Shown: positions 25,199 through 37,979 of the stretch, piece after piece
Layout: each line of letters begins with the position of its first letter
How positions within the stretch are numbered: the first letter of the stretch is position 1
Assembly (NCBI RefSeq): GCF_006345805.1
Contig: NC_043001.1
Location: forward strand, 76,570,001 to 76,634,000
Origin: Octopus sinensis
Lineage: Eukaryota
Direction of reading: 5' to 3'
DNA length: 64,000 bases
Notes under the pieces: generated by a model
Told to the model about the DNA's origin: nothing
The model's database searches: none
Seen by the model: the letters and a program-made list of their open reading frames with translations, nothing else
Translations under genes and position numbers: made by a program

Positions 25199-25864
25199 AT
25201 TACGCACTTTTACCATAGTTTTAATATCAAATTTGGAGTTGATAGTGTGTGATTTGCTGTTGAAGTCGTTAACGTTTTCAACAATCATGAATTATGATTG
25301 AAATCCTTTTTATTCTCGATATTAGTCCAAAATATCTGGAAAAAAATATAGGTTTTTTGTTATCCCTGCATTAAAAATATTTGCATAAACTTAAAGCTTC
25401 AATTTTCTTCAGGTGGTTGGTGCCTCGAAATTATTTTTTATTTAAAACAAATCTCTGTTTCCACATCTGGCAATGCATTGTTGTAGACTGATTTAACGGT
25501 TTCTTCATCACTACTCTAGAAATTACGCCGAGGATTGTGTTTTCACGACAAGGTTACAACAGAGCCGAAACATGTCAGGGGTTATTTCTTGTAAACCCTG
25601 AGAAAAAAATTGAAACAGTATTATTATTCATGGAAAAACATTGTTTCTCTTTCTCGTATTATTGTTTATAGTTCGCATTTCAATGCTCCTTACATTAAAC
25701 GTGTCAACACTGATATAATATGAATAATGTCTGGTAGGGTCTCGGCTTTAATGCAGGAGAACCACATATATATATAAACTAAGTGTATGCGTATGCATAT
25801 GAGATATCTGCATGTGTGAGTCTCTATGAGTGCGTATATCTGTGAGTGTCATTGTGTGTGTGTG

Positions 25865-25936
<72 letters not shown>

Positions 25937-26689
25937 AGGGTGTGGGAGCTTGTTGGACTGACTAGCGAAGTATGGCGATCTCGACTTAATTCGATGTAGG
26001 GAAGGCGACTACTGTCTGGCCAGCTGGTGTACAATATTTACATTAATAACCATATTAATTAGAATACCAATTTATATCGGAAGCAACATACATACATACA
26101 TACATACATACATACATACATACATACATACATACATACATGCAATCATGCATATATACATACAATTACAAACTTACATACGCGCACTTGCATACATACA
26201 CCTACATAAACATACATACATGCACATACTTACAGGCACATACATAAATATATATAGAGAAAAATTATGTAGTCAAAGAGGTCAGCTTCTCTACAGATGT
26301 AAACAATTCGAAAGTCTGTGAGAAAGACAATATTTATCGACAACTAATTCGAAATTATAGGTTCTTTACTCAGAATATATATTTATATTTATATCAAAAA
26401 TTGTTGGCAAAGCTGGCGATATTAGTAAATAATATAAGTGATAATCACGAAGATCTAGGAATTTCAGACATTGAATGTAACCAGCTGAAACACACTTTAC
26501 GTATACAATCTGTAATCGGAAGCGTAAAAGTATGGAAAACTTTTCTAAATTTAGCATGTAGCAAATATATAATTTTATGTCATCTAAACACCAGTGGTGG
26601 AGGTATTTCTTTGTTAGAAAACATTTCTTTCTCAATGAGGAGAATTCAAATAATTATAAAAGGAAGCTGTTCATATATGGTGGTCGTCA

Positions 26690-27147
26690 TACACATAGAC
26701 GAGTATGACCATCGCTGAGAAATTATCTTATACTAGATGTTAAAGACAATGGCTGTCAGCAATGCAGGTGATGAAATTTTAGGTCAATAACAGGTTACAC
26801 GCAACCAGTAGGACTCTCGTTTACTAAACCAAGTAGACCAGAAATAAGCCAGTGCAAGATCTTCGGATTTTCAATGAGGCGGGTGTTATTTGGAAATTCC
26901 TTCTGCTAGAGAGATGAGTAAACAAAGACTAAGAGTCACTCACTCCCAACTGCTGAATGATCATTGACTCTACTGAGTTTATCCGGTTTTGACAGGCGTT
27001 GATTTTCGTCCTACTGGGTGTCAAACGAAAACCACCCTCATTCACAAAGCAGGCAAAGTAGAGTCGCTGGTTTAGTCGTCGACGATCCGACCACGCTGCA
27101 GGTTATACTGGGTCACATGTTACCAGTAGCAGTTAGATTAACCTGAC
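26690..27147. repeat. Unclassified ~450-bp dispersed repeat, copy 1
   Basis: Colinear, diverged copy at 49555-50010 (atgaccatcgc, aaagacaatggctgt, taaacaaagacta, ttgactctactgagtt, acctgacata). Confidence 0.75.
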
Positions 27148-27542
27148 ATACATACATACATACATACATACATACATACGCTGCTTTCTTCCAAGGAATT
27201 TAATGCTCTTAGCTTAGTTTTTTCCTTGGGGCTGGCCAGATTCGAGCATCTCAAGAATAATCAGCTGAAATTGCGAGGATAATCTGGTGCTTGACTGAAG
27301 GTAGAAAACTTCGAATGACCCGTCCTTATTTTCTTTGTATCATCTATCTGGATGCTTTTTTTGTCCCTTTTTGTATCACCTAGCTATCCGGATGTTTTGC
27401 GTTCTTGTCCCATTTTGTATTTTGTACATACATACATACATACATACATACATACATACACACGCACACACACACACACATACATACACACACATACATA
27501 CATACATACATACATACATACATACATACATACATACATACA

Positions 27543-27572
<30 letters not shown>

Positions 27573-27573
<1 letters not shown>

Positions 27574-27758
27574 CTATATATTAATACGCTAAGGCCGCTG
27601 ACACGTATTAGCTGAAGGGAGAGTTGAAGAGCGAGAGAAAAAGAGAGAGAGAGAAGTGCTATCGACGTGGGGTAGAGGGAATGTAATAGTTATTATGCTA
27701 AGACACTGTCAAATGGTTAGAGAGACCGAGAGAGAGAGTTAGCACTCAGAGGAAAGAC

Positions 27759-27832
<74 letters not shown>

Positions 27833-28332
27833 GATTGAAAGCAATGCAGGAGTGGAAAGTAGTTACATGATTTTGTGACAGGTAATAAAAATAAAAGTTT
27901 AGTTTACTATTTCAGGTTTTAATGTTCAACCGTTTCTATATCTTCAATCTGTCGATGAATCTATGTAGATAGATAGGTTTATTGACGGATAGAAGATAGA
28001 AAGACAGATGGCTAGGTACGTAGACACATAGTTAAATCAAAGTGAAATAACCTTAGCAATTCGCTGTGAGTGTTACTTTTACTTTTCTATGTGTAGCAGC
28101 GCAAAGGCTGAGGCCATGCTGGGGCACCGCAATTATTTAGTTTTATTTTCAGTATTGTTAGAGTAGACAGATACATGCATCGACAGAAATGTAAATAAAA
28201 TATGATAGGTAGGTAGGTAGTAGGTAGGTAGGTAGGTAGGTATGTATGTATGTATGTATGTATGTATGTAGGTAGGTAGGTATGTATGTATGTAGGTAGG
28301 TAGGTAGGTACGTAGGTATGTAGGTAGGTAGG

Positions 28333-28420
<88 letters not shown>

Positions 28421-28546
28421 CTGATTGATTGACAAATTAATTGATTGCCCTTTCAATACTGCCCATGTGGATTCTTTTGAGAAAAAATATACAATTCTAT
28501 CATACAATTTTCAAAATAATCGTGGAATTTCCAAGGATACTGCTAG
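27573..28546 (+). mobile_element. Non-autonomous Helitron, family H2
   Basis: 5' A|TCTATATATTAATACGC; 3' hairpin (c)gtggaa-tttcca(a)g followed by atactgCTAG. Confidence 0.7.
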
Positions 28547-29100
28547 TCTATATATTAATACGCTAAGGCCAGATGCGTTACGCTGTCATGTAATTAGTTG
28601 AAGGGAGAAGCGAAGAGCGAGAGAAGAAGAGGGTGAGAGACAGAGAAAGAAAGAAAAGAGAGAGAGGGAGAGGTGTTAACGACGTGAAGTAGGAGGAAAA
28701 TAATAATCTTTACTACCCACAAGGGGCTAAACACAGAGGGGACAAACAAAGACAGACAAACGGATTAAGTCAATTACATCGAACCCAGTGCGTAACTGGT
28801 ACTTAATTTATCGACCCCGAAAGGATGAAAGGCAAAGTCGACCTCGGCGGAATTTGAACTCAGAACGTAAAGGCAGACGAAATACGGCTACGCATTTCGC
28901 CCGGCATGCTGACGTTTCTGCCAGATCGCCGCCTAAGTAGGAGGAAAATAAGTGTTATTACGCTAGTATGCTTGTCAAGGGAAGAGAGCGTGGGGGGGGG
29001 GGAGAAAAAGGGAGAGAGAGAGAGAGAGAGAGAGAACAGACAGACAGACAGACATACTGACAGACCGAGAGGTAAACAGACAAACAGGAGAGTGTGTGTT
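28547..29100 (+). mobile_element. Second Helitron H2 copy abutting the first; 3' end not found
   Basis: Starts TCTATATATTAATACGCTAAGGCC directly after CTAG. Homology to copy 1 resumes after the nested SINE. Confidence 0.65.
28704..28934 (-). mobile_element. SINE group A (third tail type), perfect 17-bp TSD
   Basis: aagtaggaggaaaataa at 28687-28703 and 28935-28951. Confidence 0.93.
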
Positions 29101-29271
29101 TGCGAAATGAAGCAAGAGAAAAGGTATGGCAATTACGTTGAGTGGTTAGTAGAAGAAAGTAGAGAGCAGAAAGGGGGAGATAAATTAGAATTTTTTCACC
29201 ACGGTAAAGGCAGTGAATTTACTTTTAGAATACGCCACAAACTTATTTTAACTAATTTAATGTTCATTATA

Positions 29272-29630
29272 GGCGCAGGAATGGCTGTGTGGTAAGTAGG
29301 TTGCTTACCAACCACACACGGTTCCGGGTTCAGTCCCACTCCGTGGCACATTGGGCAAGTATCTTCTACAATAGCCTCGGGCTGACCAAAGCCTTGTGAG
29401 TGGATTTGGTAGACGGAAGTTAAAACAAGCTCGTCGTATATATGTGTGTGTGTGTGTGTGTATATGTTTGTGTGTCTGTGTTTGTCCACCCAACATCGCT
29501 TGACAACCGATGCTGGTGTGTTTACCTCCCCGTAACTTAGCGGTTCGGCAAAAGAGACCGATAGAATAAATACTAGGTGCTCCACCATGGCCGCAGTCAA
29601 ATGACTGAAACAAGTAAAAGAGTAAAAGAG
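29272..29630 (+). mobile_element. SINE group B, full length with internal (TG)n
   Basis: Head ggcgcaggaatggctgtgtggtaag, B box gggttcagtccc, tail aaatgactgaaacaagtaaaagag. Confidence 0.9.
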
Positions 29631-30019
29631 TATTTATTCCAAATCACTGCTTGGAGCTGATGCTGTTACTTTTATTCTGACCAGGCGATCCAGTAGTGCA
29701 ATTCAGTCACTGATGTTGACTGTATTTCTAGTTAAAGCTACGGTTTTGAATCTGTCCAGGGTTATCTCTCTTTGCTATTTCTCATTGAGGAAGACTACGG
29801 AGCCAGAAACGTGCATCTGGTAATGTGGACAGATACGGCATTTTAGACATTTTATCATAAGAGAGAATATTTTCTACGCGCTAACTGCAGCAAATTTGCC
29901 CTTGTAAGTTAAAATATGTTGCAAACATTGCAACTAACCTAAATTTTATTTATTCCTAATCACTGTTTGTCGCTCAGGTATGATCTTTCTTTCTTGGCTC
30001 GACTGCCGGCCGCGAAGCA

Positions 30020-30290
30020 TCTCTTATTATAAAAGGCAGATTTTATCTGCCTCCCTTTGGGAGTTATACAAATCTACAATATAGGATTTCTTCAATTACA
30101 ATTTACCTAGCAATTTTAAGAGTACAATGCATCGCGTCATGCCAGGTCCAGTTTTTAAAATTTAAACTCCAATTAAGCAAAATTTACAGAAAACTCACAT
30201 TCTGGTGTGTGTGTCAAATGCTTTTCTTAGTCTGGTTTACACCACACGCAAACGCACACACACAGTGGGCAACGAATAAAGTGAAACTAG
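30020..30290 (+). mobile_element. Helitron-like element 5' part, family H3
   Basis: A|TCTCTTATTATAAAA start with ggcaga/tctgcc hairpin; close inverted copy at 61745-62017. Confidence 0.55.
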
Positions 30291-30449
30291 ATGTAATATT
30301 TGTTTCTCTCTATCACGCTGATAGATACATGAGTAAAATGTATGGGAAGCTAACACATAAGTGTGAGTGAAAATGTTCTTGGAAGAGAGTAAATAGCCAG
30401 AGATAGTGATTTGAGGAACACTCATACATACATACATACATACATACAT

Positions 30450-30480
<31 letters not shown>

Positions 30481-31019
30481 TACATACATACACACACACA
30501 TACACACATACACACATACATACATACATACATATACATACATACATACACACACACACATACACACACACACATACACACACACAGTATTGAAGCTTGA
30601 GAACAATCAGATACATTTGCAACACATCTGTTGAAAATATTATTGTTCACACACATACATATACATATATACATACAGACAGACAGACAGATAGACACAC
30701 ACACACACAACATGATCCAGCATGGCCACAACCTCAAGGCTGAAACATATAAAAGAATAACAGAATATAAATGTGTGCATGTGTGTGAGAGAGAGAGAGT
30801 GTGCGTGTATATGTATGTATGTATGTATGTATATATATATAATAATGCGGTTTTTTCAACAGCTTGAACTAAAAGTCAGAGGGGAATGGGATAAACTACT
30901 TATATTAACTTGCTATAAAAGCAGGTAGTAATTTTATCTTGTCCTTATTCATAGTGTAAGTTTTGAAGAGTGCATTTCGATTTTAACAGCTATTTTTTTC
31001 AAAGCTATATTGGAACAGC

Positions 31020-31275
31020 CTAGAAGACGAGCCTCATCCTGAAAGATCTGTAGAACTCGACAAGGACATCCTGAAAACCCTGGTGGAACAAAATCTCATC
31101 GTAACTGTTGAGGAACTAGCAGAGAAGCTTGGATTTGGTCATTCAACCATTCATTGAGACCTGTGTGCAATCGGAAAAGTCAGCAAATTGGGTCAATGGG
31201 TTCCTCACGAACTTTCCGAGTCTAATTGCATGCAGAGAGTGAATGTATGCTTTTCTTTGCTGTCACATCTCACCA
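31020..31275 (+). mobile_element. Mariner transposase fragment (pseudogene)
   Basis: LEDEPHPERSVELDKDILKTLVEQN..TVEELAEKLGFGHSTIH*..GKVSKLGQWVPHELSE contains the WVPHEL motif. Confidence 0.9.
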
Positions 31276-31292
31276 CTACTGCGCTATGTATA

Positions 31293-31929
31293 TCTATATA
31301 TATAAAACTGTAGTTGTGTGAGTGTCTGTCCCCTTCGATTTAGATTCCTAACTACTCCCACATTTTGCGGTGCAGTTTAACCAAATTCGGGTAGCTTATA
31401 GTCGTGATTCATATCGAGCCCGTCTGAGTATTAGCGCGCGTCTACGATGAGTCTACGATTTTAAAAATAATTTAACATAATTTTTTATTCCATTTTAATG
31501 CATAATTTTTCGTGTGTCGATGGCGGCGGAGTTGGCGTCCACGCTCACACCTGCACCTGTGGGGAAGGGAGTGTAAGGAAATCAACGTCGTAATGCGTTG
31601 TCAAGGAGACCAGCGTTCTTTTAGAACAACGACTTCATGGCTTGAAGACACCAAAACAGAAATGGCTAAGAAAGCGTCTACATGAGTCTACGATTTAAAA
31701 AAAAATTTACCATCGTTTTTTTTCCATTTTTAATGCATTTTTTCGCTATTATATAAGGGAAGTAACTCTCTAAAAATGTCTACGATGATCAACGATTTTT
31801 CAAAAAATTTACCATCATATTTTTTCCATTTTTAATGCATTTTTTGCTATTTTTTGGCTATAACTCTCTAAAAATGCTTATATAGTTATTTCCCTTACAA
31901 ACCCGAGCAACGCCGGGCGATACTGCTAG
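31293..31929 (+). mobile_element. Non-autonomous Helitron, family H1
   Basis: A|TCTATATATATAAAA ... CCCGAGCAACGCCGGG hairpin ... CTAG|T; no TSD. Confidence 0.9.
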
Positions 31930-32328
31930 TCTCTTATATTCCTGCCTCATGACTTTCATGTATGCTCATCTCCAATATTCCTTCCTCAAGGCTTTCCCTC
32001 TACACACACCAGTTCAACTTGATTCGTCTTTATTAGTCGAAAGACACATGTTATTTTCAGTGGTTTCTATTTGTAATTGTGTAGCATTTTCTCTGGGTTT
32101 TTTTGTCTTTGTAGTCGTGCACATTCGCTTGCATTCTCCCCCCAAAATTAATGCTCTCAGCTTAGATTTCTGGGATCAGCCAGATTTGAACAGTCTCAAG
32201 TGTAACCGGCTGAAACTGTAAGGAAAATATGCCAACTTGACTGATGAGAAGAGGCTGTTTTTGCCTGTCCGTCTTTGTATCGCCTATCTCTCCGGGCGTT
32301 TTATTGTCGTCTATTGCGTCCTTGCACC

Positions 32329-32373
<45 letters not shown>

Positions 32374-32499
32374 GTGCTTTCCACTCATTTTCGATCAAAT
32401 CTCCCGCGAGTTAACTTGGGAGCCCTTGATGACAATGTAACATTCATTTAACTAAGGTATCTTTGATAAGCCAGATAAGTAGCTAGTGGAGTACTCCTA

Positions 32500-33333
32500 G
32501 TTGAGTAATTACTATTTCCGAAGTTCTGCTAGCTAGGAAACATATGTAGCCTGGATTTTTACCCGCTCAATTCCCCAAATTTCAATTTTTATTCGCATAC
32601 ATAGCTGTTGCTAACTGTGAGCTATAAAAATAACTTTTTTCAGCTTATCGAACTTCAACATGGGGAAACTTTACAACCTTCTACGTCCATAAGCCACTAT
32701 TGTTTCTGAAAGTTGTGTTTTTTATACCTTCTACGGACCGCTCGAAGCTTACTAAATGCACCCGTCCTTTGGACAGTTTAACATATAAATAAACGATAAA
32801 TAGAAAAATGTGATAACAACTAAAAAATATTCTATAATGCAAATATACGACCATATAGATTAAAAAAAGTATGGAAAACAGTCGAAATAAATAAGTAGGC
32901 AAAATCCTTTAACGTTTATAATATTCTCAAACCAAAATCCTCAAACAATATACACCAATACACATATAAAAAAATTATAGAAAGTAATAATATATAATTA
33001 CAGTATATAATTAAATGATAAATTTTTAAAATGCGAAAACCACTATAACATATTCTCTAATGCCAATATACGACCATAAAGATTAAAAAGGTATGGAAGA
33101 TCCTACATACAGAAAAACTATGTACATACAACGAATTAGGGAAAACCCCATGTAAACCACGAATTTCCCGTTTTGTCCATTTACGTGGGAGCTCTGGGCA
33201 AAATGTCATAGTGCATGACCATCCTTGGTACATAAGTAACGTGTGTGTAAAGTTTGATGGAAATCAGTTGAGAATTGTGAAAACGTGTGTGTTAGTCAAT
33301 ACACACACAGTACTGTGATTTATATATGCTAGA
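32500..33333 (-). mobile_element. Probable decayed Helitron-like element
   Basis: Minus-strand start A|TCTAGCATATATAAA and internal duplicated ~50-bp block; 3' end uncertain. Confidence 0.35.
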
Positions 33334-33926
33334 TATATGATATATATGTTAATGATGTTATTTACAAGCTAGTTTAAGAATAACAACAAAATGTTTGCCA
33401 ATAACAATCCGTTTGACAAAAATCGAGGTCTCGGTCAACTCAAGCTACGCGCTCGCATAAACGTGCACACACACACACACACACACACAAACGTGTGTCT
33501 GTGCATGTGTATGTGTACATGGTATGTGAGCATGTGCATTTTTACATGTATTTGTGTGCATGTGTAAGTGTTCGTATGCATGTGTGCGTGTGCATGTGTG
33601 TGTGCGTGAGCATGTGCCTGTGTGAATGCATATGCATGCATGTGCGTGCGTGTAAGCATGCATGTGTTATGTGTATGTGTTTGTACATCAAATTACACTA
33701 CATTACGTAACATTAACTGTCATATCGTGCTACCATTATAAATTAATGCTATATTTCTTTTTCTCTGGGTACATTTGCACTTAAAGTATATCCTATTCTT
33801 TAGATAAATAGAGTGCGTTATAATATCCACGAGGCAAATGCAATAAATATATATTAGTATATTTACACACACACACGCATGCACGCACGCACGCTCGTAC
33901 ACACACACACACACGCTCTTATTCTG

Positions 33927-33978
<52 letters not shown>

Positions 33979-34229
33979 TATATATACATGTGTATTTATA
34001 TACACATCTATAAAAATGTGTATTTATGTATATATAAATGCGATCACTTCGACATCTTACGTGTAGTACACTGAGCATCTGCATCGGTCATGTCGATTTG
34101 ATGGAGGGTGTGGGCTCATCTACAGCGCATACATGTGATCACAATAAGCCATTGGTGCTCAACCAGAGTCCACATGACCCTTGAGGGTCTGTATAAGATT
34201 TTTTTGCTAGGAGCTTATGTGCAATAGAG

Positions 34230-34613
34230 TGGTTATAATTCTACAATCTACAAAACGAGCAAAACGCCCCCCGTCCAATGGACGGTGCTGGGTTGTCAAA
34301 CATTTAAACCAAATTTTCTCAAGACAACTTGTCCGACCGTCCTATAGGCCTCCCCTTTGAGAAACACTGATTGAACCTAAATTTGAGACACCGGCAAAAG
34401 ACGGATTTCGACTGATGTACTTGCGCGTACAGCACGTTCACACGGCTTTATCGATCGCATTCTCACCTGTAATCGATTTTTGTAATTTTTTCAAGACTTA
34501 TACACGCCCTCATACCGTCGGTATCTACATATTAAATTTGAGCGCAATCTGATGGAGTATGCCCGAGATCCTACAAGACACACACACAGACAGAACGTAT
34601 TTTATATAATAGA
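34230..34613 (-). mobile_element. Probable Helitron-like element 5' part
   Basis: Minus-strand start A|TCTATTATATAAAATACG followed by tctgtctgtgtgtg, as in the other Helitron 5' ends. Confidence 0.45.
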
Positions 34614-34615
34614 TA

Positions 34616-35160
34616 GTTTAACAATGAGTATGTCTGCATTTCGCCCGTCTTTGCGTTCTGAGTTCAAATTCCGCCGAAGTCTACTTTGCATTTTATCCTT
34701 CCGGGGTCGATAAAATGGGTATCAGTTGAGCCCTGGGGTCGATGTAATCGACTTAGCCCCTCCCTCTTGTGTCAAAATTTGAAACCGATATTTAGAACAC
34801 CACGGAACATTCTTGTATACGTGTCATTTAGAATTTTCTTCATCGGAGCTGTAAGTGTCCACGTTATCCAACCGTAATATACAAAAGTTTAACAATGAGT
34901 ATGTCGGATGGAATGCTTAGCTGCATTTCATCCGTCTTTACGTTCTGAGTCCAAGTTCCGCCCAGGTCGACTTTGCATTTTATTCTTTCGGGATCGATAA
35001 AATGAGTACCAGTTGATCATTGGGGTCGAGGTAATCGACTTACCCTTGCCTCCCTGTGTCAAAATTTGAAACCGATATTTAGAACACCACAGAACATTCT
35101 TGTGTACGTGTCATTTAGAGTTGTCTTTATCGGATTTGTGAGTGTTCATGTTATCCAATT
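34616..35160 (+). repeat. Tandem duplication of a ~270-bp unit (SINE A fragment plus flank)
   Basis: Units start gtttaacaatgagtatgtc at 34616 and 34887 and share ttagaacaccac.gaacattcttgt.tacgtgtcatttaga. Confidence 0.85.
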
Positions 35161-35167
35161 TCATAGG

Positions 35168-35969
35168 GATGTTGAAGATACGACAGACAGAGAAAAAAGA
35201 TGGCTGTGGATAATTAAGTGATTTAAAACCGGAAACGGAGGCTCTAATCTGTGCTGACCAAGAGCAAGCACTAAGAACAAACGACATAAAATACAGAATA
35301 GACAACACATCAGAAAGTGATAAGTGAAGAAGCTGTGGACAAAATGGTGAAACCGTATGGCATATTACCAGCCAATGTACGCCACTAGCTCAGAAGGAAT
35401 ATAAGAGACGTCACGACAAAATAGCCAGGCTTGTCCATTGGACACTTTGCAACAAGTATGGACTTGACAGAGAAAAAAATTGGTACGACCACAAACCTGA
35501 AGGCATTGACGAAAATAGAAATGCAAAGATCCTATGGGATTTTATGATTCAGTGCGATCATGAGATTGAGAATAGGAAGTCTGACATAGTCTTAATTGAG
35601 AAAGAAAACAAACTACGCTGGATCATAGATATAGCATACCCAGCTGACAACAAGGTATGCGATAAGGAAGAAAAAAGTCGAGAGGTATGACAGGTTAGCT
35701 TGGGAAGTTAAGCAGTTGTGGTCGATGAAAAAGGTAGCAGTAATACCAATAATTATCGGAGCCCTAGGAACAGTGAGCAAAAACCTCGAGAAGTACGTGG
35801 AACAAATAGGAGCTGCAATAAGGGTGGAGCATTTGCAGAAAACAACACTGCTTGGAACCACTCGAATACTCCGGAGGGTGCTCGAAAAATAAGAGGTGTT
35901 ACCTTAGTTCACTGGTAGTGAACAGCTGACACTGTAGTACATCTCCAGCGTTAGAAGCTGTGCAAAGAA
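35168..35969 (+). mobile_element. R4/Dong-like LINE 3' fragment (zinc knuckle + REL endonuclease + 3'UTR)
   Basis: ETEALICADQEQALRTN..(C>stop)RSCGQNGETVWHITSQC..RRHDKIA..ILWDF..RKSDIV..IIDIAYPAD..IIIGALG; followed by (AAT)/(CAA)/(GAT) repeats. Confidence 0.92.
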
Positions 35970-36071
35970 AATAATAATAATAACAACGATAACAACAAAA
36001 CAACAACAACAACAACAATAATGATGATGATGATGATGATGATGATGATGGTGATAATAATGATAATAATG

Positions 36072-36122
<51 letters not shown>

Positions 36123-37032
36123 GCGCATGCTTTTCATCTTCACGAACTCGATGAAGTTCCATTCTAAGTCAACATACTGTCCGAAAATAATACAACGTCA
36201 GATGAAATGCCTTATGGTGAGGGTTGTCTTAACAACATTGTAGGGCCCAGGATGAATCAATGTACCGGGATCCTATAGTATTTAGTTTTTGACAGCGAGG
36301 CAAAGCATACTTAGATCAGAAATGGGCCCTTAGACTTCTGGGGCTACTGAGCAACTACCCAGTGTACCCATGACAGGATTGCGTATCGAATTTGTACCAG
36401 CTAGCGACATTCTGAATTCAAATGTGGCCGTAGTCTATTTGTGTATCAGACCTAATCCGTCGCCCAGTTGAAAGCCTCTACATTGCACTTTAGGTTCTTT
36501 TAGCAGAGTGCAAACATTCGAGTCAGGTGCCCTGGTTTGAGGATATCTTCATTCCCCTCTTCTTTCTAGGAAGGCTCTCTAAAGGGTTGTGGGTACTGTG
36601 GGAGGCTATCTAAAGGATTGTGGCTAAAAGATTAAGAACTATATCACAAAACCAGAGCAAAAGCGTAATTAAAAAGTGAAATACTGTTTCTTTTTAAGTG
36701 TTATTTATAAGAAAATGATGGAACCACATGCAGTCAAATACACAGTCACACGCACAATCTTACACACAACTTCACTCTTTCCATCTCTCCCTCCCTCTCT
36801 ATTTCTCTCTCTCTCTCTCACACACTCTCACACTCTTACAGTCTTGCTCTCTCCCTCTGTCTCTTTCTCTCACAAATACGCAGTCACATATAGTCACGTT
36901 TTGTCTCTCATACACACACTCGCAGAGTCTCTCTCACTCTCACACAGTTTCTCTTTTTCACACACACACACACGCACGCATTCACGCACGCATTTACGCA
37001 CGCATTCACGCACGCACACACACACGCACACA

Positions 37033-37066
<34 letters not shown>

Positions 37067-37141
37067 TAGTCTCATTCTCTCTCGCACAGCCTTTCACTCA
37101 TACACTTAGTCTTATTCACACCATCTCTTTCATTTACACCC

Positions 37142-37183
<42 letters not shown>

Positions 37184-37979
37184 TGACACAGTCATACAGT
37201 GAATCTCTCGCTGTGTGTCTGTCTACCCCCCTCTCTCTCTCTTTCACGGAGTCTCACACACATTATTTAGTGGTTTCTTATTTTTGTGGCAGAGAGCCAG
37301 AAATTGGCAAGAAAGGGCCCTAATCAATTGAATTGACCTTTGTACACCAGTGATACTTATTTTTTGACACTGAAAAAATAAAAAAATAAAAACAAAAATA
37401 ATAATAAAGACTAAATCGATAACAGTGGAATTTGAACTCAGAACTTAGCAGAATGAAACTCAATACTGTAAGACATACAGTCTGCTATTGTGCTTTATTT
37501 CTGACAAATTAACACCCTAAAAAAATAATTTTTTGATTTTTGAGGTTGGCACAAGGCCATAGAGTGCAGAGGAGTGAAAGAAAGTTTGATTGAAACGATG
37601 TTAAGCTGTTTTTTACTTTATCGTTACTGAAGACGGTTCGAAACGGATATGAACTCGGAATGTAAGAAATAAAAGGCTTCAAGTAAATACGGTAAGGAGT
37701 TTCACTCTAAGTGCTAAGTATCATATGTGCTGTATCAGCATAAATGTTTTGAGAAATGCGAAGCAGAGCGACGCAGAAACGCATGCGCCCCGCGATGTTG
37801 TGACGTCATTCATTGTCCAAAATATAATGTGTCTTTATATAGATCGAGGTGGACAATTTTTTCCAGGGTCTGTTTCTGCAGCGAAAAGTCTTATACCGTC
37901 CTAACACAATCGAACGTGTTAAACGTAACTTTACACAAATATATATATTATTCCACGCAGCTTCGTTTAACATTATTGA

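Noticed and set aside
26401-26718. 105-aa ORF
   Set aside because: AT-rich, no motif, and it overlaps a dispersed repeat at its end.
32235-32275. CTGATGA in a repeat also present at 27180-27340
   Set aside because: No GAAA follows at a foldable distance, and the other copy has GAAT and no stem I.
37621-37655. CTGAAGA-cggttc-GAAAC hammerhead-like words
   Set aside because: Stem II cannot form and stems I and III are weak; at most a deleted relic.
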